Source: an uncultured Planctomycetota bacterium (GTDB lineage Bacteria; Planctomycetota; Phycisphaerae; Tepidisphaerales; Tepidisphaeraceae). From it: a DNA stretch of 64,000 nt. The notes below the pieces were generated by a model, which saw only the letters and a list, made by a program, of their open reading frames with translations, made no database searches and was not told the DNA's origin. Positions 60,601-64,000 of the stretch are shown in pieces. A program made the translations under genes and the position numbers. The stretch lies in NCBI GenBank assembly GCA_963841915.1, contig CAWJEN010000006.1:800001-864000 (forward strand). Direction: 5' to 3'. Within the stretch, counting starts at the first letter, position 1; each line of letters begins with the position of its first letter.

Positions 60601-62094
60601 CAATCGATCAGACGCGATGCCGTTCTCTCGCAGCGTCGCCTGGTCGATTGCTTCACCGGCCACATCGAGTCGATCGTGTGCGAGTGCCAGCTCTGCCCGC
60701 AGCAGCCACGGCTCGGCCCACGCCGGCGACGCCGTCGCGGCGGCTTCGAGATGACGCCGGGCCAAGTCAGGCTCTTCGAGCGCCTGCGCGGCCGTCGCGG
60801 CTTCGACGTGCAGTACCGCTGCCGGGACAAGATCGACCTCTTGCGTTCCGACCGGCTCGAGCGGACGCCCCGGCAGCTTCGTCACACGCGAAAGCCCGGA
60901 TGAAGACGCCTCGAGACGCTGGACCGCAGTTGCCTCGACCGATCGACAGGTCGCAATGGCCTGCCAGGCCCGCCACGCCCGCGGCGATTCCGTTTCGAGC
61001 GACGGGTGCATGTCGGCCATGTCGCCAAGCAGCACGAGCGGGCCATAGAGGCCGACGGTCGACTCGCTCGAACTGGCCAGGAGCGACCGCGACTCGGCAG
61101 GGTGATCTTCAAGCGCGGCACGCACGCTGGCAGCCGTCCGGACAGCCAGCGGTGCACTCGGCGCCTCGGCACAAGTGCGCAGCACATCGTCGGCTTCAAC
61201 AAAACGACCTTCGGCATCAAGGGCGGCCACCACGCTCAGCACGTCGACCGCCTGCTCGTCGGGTTGCTGTGCGGCGGGTGGTTGTGCGGGCGTCGCAGGC
61301 GGGGTGTACCAGTCGTCGTTCTGCGTCGACGTGGCGAGTTGCACGCCGCGTTCGCCGACGACGACCGCCGCCGCCTGATCGAGACAGGCAGCCGCTTGCT
61401 CAACGCGCCCGACGCGGCGGTTCGCTTCCGCCAGAACAAGCAGCGCGCGGGCCTGCCCGCGGCCTGTGCTTTGGGCTGTCGCGTTCAGATCCGTTGCAAA
61501 GGCAAGTGCGTCGTCCTCTTCGAGCAGTTCTGCATAAGCCAGCAGATCGACGACGTCGGCAAACGAGTCGCTCGTCTGCAGGACGAGCTCGGCGGCATCA
61601 ACGGCGTCGAATCGCCCCAAAGCCGCCATCGCGTCTCGGCGTTGCCGCAGGACCTCGAGGTTCTCGATGTTCTCCGCCCGGGCGGCGTCGGCGAGGTCGA
61701 GCGTGCGTTGCGGCAACCCGGCTGCCATGCCCGCCGCCATCTGTTGCGTGTACCACTGTCGCCGCTCGCTGGCATCCGTGGGGTCCAGGTCGCGGAGCAA
61801 CTGCAGGGCATGCAGACCACCGACCGTTGGCGGGTTGTACCTTGCGACGGCCTCGGCGTGCTGCAGCGCCCGTCGCACCGTCGCAGGCTCGCCCGGCCTT
61901 GCCTCCAGCAGCAGGGCCGCCTCCTGCCAGTTACCACGGATGAATGCCGCTTCGCCTGACGTCAGGCGTTGCTCGATGAAGGCCTCGCGTTGTTCGACGG
62001 CCCCGGCCCGCCAGGTGACAAGTGCTGTCACGCCGACCGCGGCAAAGGCCGCCGGCACAGCCAGGCGAAGAATCGTTCTACGGCGATGCGTCAT
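57682..62094 (-). CDS. Very large membrane-anchored TPR protein in the EPS locus
   Basis: N-terminal TM; TPR-like repeats, e.g. AANQLAHLL and HHDTQARARL; ~1470 aa. Confidence 0.75.
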   Translation of the reverse strand: MTHRRRTILRLAVPAAFAAVGVTALVTWRAGAVEQREAFIEQRLTSGEAAFIRGNWQEAALLLEARPGEPATVRRALQHAEAVARYNPPTVGGLHALQLLRDLDPTDASERRQWYTQQMAAGMAAGLPQRTLDLADAARAENIENLEVLRQRRDAMAALGRFDAVDAAELVLQTSDSFADVVDLLAYAELLEEDDALAFATDLNATAQSTGRGQARALLVLAEANRRVGRVEQAAACLDQAAAVVVGERGVQLATSTQNDDWYTPPATPAQPPAAQQPDEQAVDVLSVVAALDAEGRFVEADDVLRTCAEAPSAPLAVRTAASVRAALEDHPAESRSLLASSSESTVGLYGPLVLLGDMADMHPSLETESPRAWRAWQAIATCRSVEATAVQRLEASSSGLSRVTKLPGRPLEPVGTQEVDLVPAAVLHVEAATAAQALEEPDLARRHLEAAATASPAWAEPWLLRAELALAHDRLDVAGEAIDQATLRENGIASDRLARSRAKLAYERWRAEPTPIRLSTATALMQTVNGTDLPGERLRLLHVDDPTAAKALLASIDRLSPSDQLAIILAADAVGLKWKSLPAGLEDSEALFLAAQLVRERHGVDAALAWLEQSGNNNALAAARMLERAGDSRALERWQAVVESPDRPAKDWLVMLDEGDSLRGTVQGAALLQQATLELQTVTEPVAQLLHRPRLEDARLSLDLALLASGPERERLTHNAAIKLKRLAARRDGQLDADAAQMLARALVNLGHFDAAKPHVLAVLSDPATEADQVLELLQMLDRIGDRDAIRDVHARLAADGLPAAEPAVCVEIARRLADGGQADAAVAMLRKAELDSASHLVLIESLRRSGRALEADVLLATLLDDDAVDSAVLLEAAAVMPSIRDLLLERVLNRLSEPADVAVIRGTLAGRTGRPGDAAGHFAAVAGLQPTFEAPWREAIGYFLSREDASSAARLAAMVDAVDLAEPRLRRMVAVALAAPSSGDDADRVVAVSRRISDRELTRVALLPMSDRTAADLGVLEMAAESLPYFPPIHRLLHASYVHLGRPDEAARVAARAAANAPLSPDLQRLGYAATRAIGDTAGSAFFANRWRQTLDFEDPIAMYADTAVADALVLRGRYDEALAVIEPRLDDALADAGTFGHLLSLAAESLAAVGMPNRARQIIAPQLGRDDAGGAGWRRLAARLAADTIGDSNDARGWLTLLDYHIERLPIGPDRLSDEVDAAVAWGRLGVRLDDAEAIRTARRRLTRLTSGGLAGADVELLRRSWAALARVDASDGRTTDAEAAWRRLLTLSPRDPVAANQLAHLLLTQHVEPLTSRELEEVVAFADLAVELQPETAAHHDTQARARLAAGQPIESARTAFERALRLDESYIDAMLGLASLELTASLDVPPPVLDDGDWPLDVTTTRQAAARREAAVASRNKALELYRQLRPIYLTSARTTPHEPHLAAEFRRLAAAFDGESADGR

Positions 62095-62152
62095 GACGTA
62101 AACCCACACGCAACCGTCTGCGGAGGCGGGTTCATACCTTACGATGTCATCG

Positions 62153-63796
62153 CTACTCGCGAGCGATCTTGTTAAAGATCATCGTCACCGTTTTGATGAT
62201 AATCTCGATGTCGCCCCAGAACGATCTTGTCCGTACGTACTCGAGGTCGAAGCGAACCCATTCCTGAAAGTCGGTGTCTTCTTCGCGGGTGCGGCGGATC
62301 TGCCACAAGCCCGTGATGCCGGGCTTGACGCTGAGCCTGCCCTCACGCCACGCCGGGTTGTTCTGGTTCTCCTTGTAAGGACTCGGCCTTGGCCCCACGA
62401 TGCTCATGTCGCCGGCCAGCACGTTCCAGAACTGTGGCAGCTCGTCGAGATTGGTCTTCCGCATGAAGTTGCCCACGCGGGTCACGCGCGGGTCGTTGTC
62501 CATGAAGAACTGGTTGCCGTCGGCCTTGTTCTTGCCCTCGGCGATGAGGCGTTGCTTGACGATTTCGGCGTCCTGCCGCATCGACCGGAACTTCCAGCAC
62601 TTGAACGTCCGTCCGCCACGCCCCTCGCGGACGTGGCCGAAGAAGATCGGGCGGCCACTTTCGATCACGATGGCGGGCACCAGGATGAGCCACAACGGGC
62701 TCGTGCCGATCAACGCGCAGACGGAGAAGCAGATGTCGAAAATCCGCTTGGCCGCGTCGCTGGCGGCGTGTGGGCGGTGGGGAATGATCGTGTCCGGCCG
62801 ACCTGGCTTCTCATCCTCGCCATCAGGGCGACCGAGTTGACCGACGCGCCGCGTGACGTTGCGTGAGCCTGTGGGCCTGCTGGCCGGTCGCGCGTCGTCG
62901 GGGAGCCACTCGGCCTTGGGTGGTTCGAGCTCGTCCCACTCGATCTCCTCGGCACTGGTGTCAGGACGATGCTCGGCGGCATCCCAGACGACTCGCGGGC
63001 CGACGACGGTGGTGCCAGGTGCGAATCGGCGACCGGCGCCGATCCAGACGGGGCCGTGAAACTTGGTCTCGCCTGCGTCGGCCGACGGGTCGAGCCACAC
63101 CGGGTCGAGCAGCTTGCCACGTGTCGCGTCCTCGCCGAGAGCGGTCGCCCGGCGGATGGTGGAATTCGGACGTCGCCATTCCCGGACAAGGTCCTTGAGC
63201 ATCAGGGCGATTTCGCGATCGTCGATGCGGTCGTAGACACGGGCGTCATCGACACGTATTGCCGCCCGCTCGCCGGGCGGGACGAAGCGGCGGATCTTCT
63301 TCCAAGCCGTCTTAGGGTCGTCAGATTGCTGCCAAAGTTCTGCGATCTCGCGGTCGGGCGTGATAAGCACACGTGACCGACGCAGGTCGGCCCCATCGTA
63401 GATGCGGTCGAAGCCGACAAACGCATCGCCACGGCCGTCGGTGGTCGCTTCGCAGAGAACGCTCTCGCGGTAGCCGTCGTTTCGCTTCTCCGAGAGCCGC
63501 ACTGAGAGGACCGTCGGCTCGACCCACTTGAGCATTTCGACGACGTCCCGCAGCGGAAACAGCGGCAGGTTGTAGCTGCTCAAGAGCAAAAACAGCTCGG
63601 CCTGCGGCGGGATCTTGGCCGACTCTCCCGTACGGATGACACCGACGCCGAAGCTGGCCCAGTAGCGGGCGTGTAGCTGGACGGGAGTCAGGCCCCAAAT
63701 CGTCCGATGCTCGCGCTGCTCTTTGGACAAAACCGCCAACACCTCGCCCGGGTCGGGCGGCGTGACGGGTTCGAGGTTGTCGGCATCGACCTTCAA
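62153..63796 (-). CDS. Priming glycosyltransferase (bacterial sugar transferase) with long soluble N-terminal extension
   Basis: KRIFDI, KFRSM, DPRVTRVGNFMRKTNLDELPQFWNVLAGDMSIVGPRP, KPGITGLWQ. Confidence 0.9.
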   Translation of the reverse strand: MKVDADNLEPVTPPDPGEVLAVLSKEQREHRTIWGLTPVQLHARYWASFGVGVIRTGESAKIPPQAELFLLLSSYNLPLFPLRDVVEMLKWVEPTVLSVRLSEKRNDGYRESVLCEATTDGRGDAFVGFDRIYDGADLRRSRVLITPDREIAELWQQSDDPKTAWKKIRRFVPPGERAAIRVDDARVYDRIDDREIALMLKDLVREWRRPNSTIRRATALGEDATRGKLLDPVWLDPSADAGETKFHGPVWIGAGRRFAPGTTVVGPRVVWDAAEHRPDTSAEEIEWDELEPPKAEWLPDDARPASRPTGSRNVTRRVGQLGRPDGEDEKPGRPDTIIPHRPHAASDAAKRIFDICFSVCALIGTSPLWLILVPAIVIESGRPIFFGHVREGRGGRTFKCWKFRSMRQDAEIVKQRLIAEGKNKADGNQFFMDNDPRVTRVGNFMRKTNLDELPQFWNVLAGDMSIVGPRPSPYKENQNNPAWREGRLSVKPGITGLWQIRRTREEDTDFQEWVRFDLEYVRTRSFWGDIEIIIKTVTMIFNKIARE

Positions 63797-63852
63797 AGGG
63801 TGGGCGCAGTGTCAGGTCGGGATCCGTGGTCGCACGCAGCGAGCAGGAGCGG

Positions 63853-63999
63853 TTAGCGGCTTTTGGTCTTGCGGCTGCGGTCAGGCATGGCTGCGGCTGA
63901 TGACCGATAGTTCATTCCTGCGACGCTGCGATCGAAGTCGGCCGAACCGGCACGGTTGAAGACGATGCCCGCGACCGTCGCACCCACATCATTAAGGTG
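63853..63999 (-). CDS. C-terminal end of a probable Wzc/CpsD tyrosine autokinase (5' truncated)
   Basis: HLNDVGATVAGIVFN resembles the BY-kinase C-terminal G.V.N motif; EPS context. Confidence 0.55.
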   Translation of the reverse strand, partial: HLNDVGATVAGIVFNRAGSADFDRSVAGMNYRSSAAAMPDRSRKTKSR

Positions 64000-64000
64000 T

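Overview
GC-rich bacterial chromosome segment, most likely Planctomycetota (Phycisphaerae-like). The evidence is the PVC-superphylum 'small basic protein', SecA and SecDF with large insertions, and mcsA-mcsB. It is mostly housekeeping: secA 3' part, ubiD-like, tgt-yajC-secDF, galE, ClC, hpf-ptsN-ptsH, nagB, nadD, sigma-70, nadC, ruvX, manC, FeS-type photolyase, topoisomerase IB, SNF2 helicase, L,D-transpeptidase, pyrD, rsmA, glmM, a GH30/FGE/rhamnose-isomerase/GH2 block and the end of an EPS locus. The main candidate for an undescribed system is a TPR-vWA-ExbB-ExbD-ExbD'-large TPR operon with no TonB. Its vWA protein has a TonB/TolA-like SxxxH membrane anchor and a long flexible linker, and the second ExbD has Asn in place of the proton-carrying Asp. 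Other highlights: three parS palindromes, widespread leaderless TAnnnT-N5-7-start promoters, two bidirectional promoters whose -10 boxes share one TA dinucleotide, and a 2.3-kb decayed island holding nested pseudogene remnants. Four single-base frameshifts in otherwise intact genes suggest long-read indel errors. No rRNA, tRNA, CRISPR or transposase was recognised. All family assignments come from motifs recognised by eye; no database searches were run.
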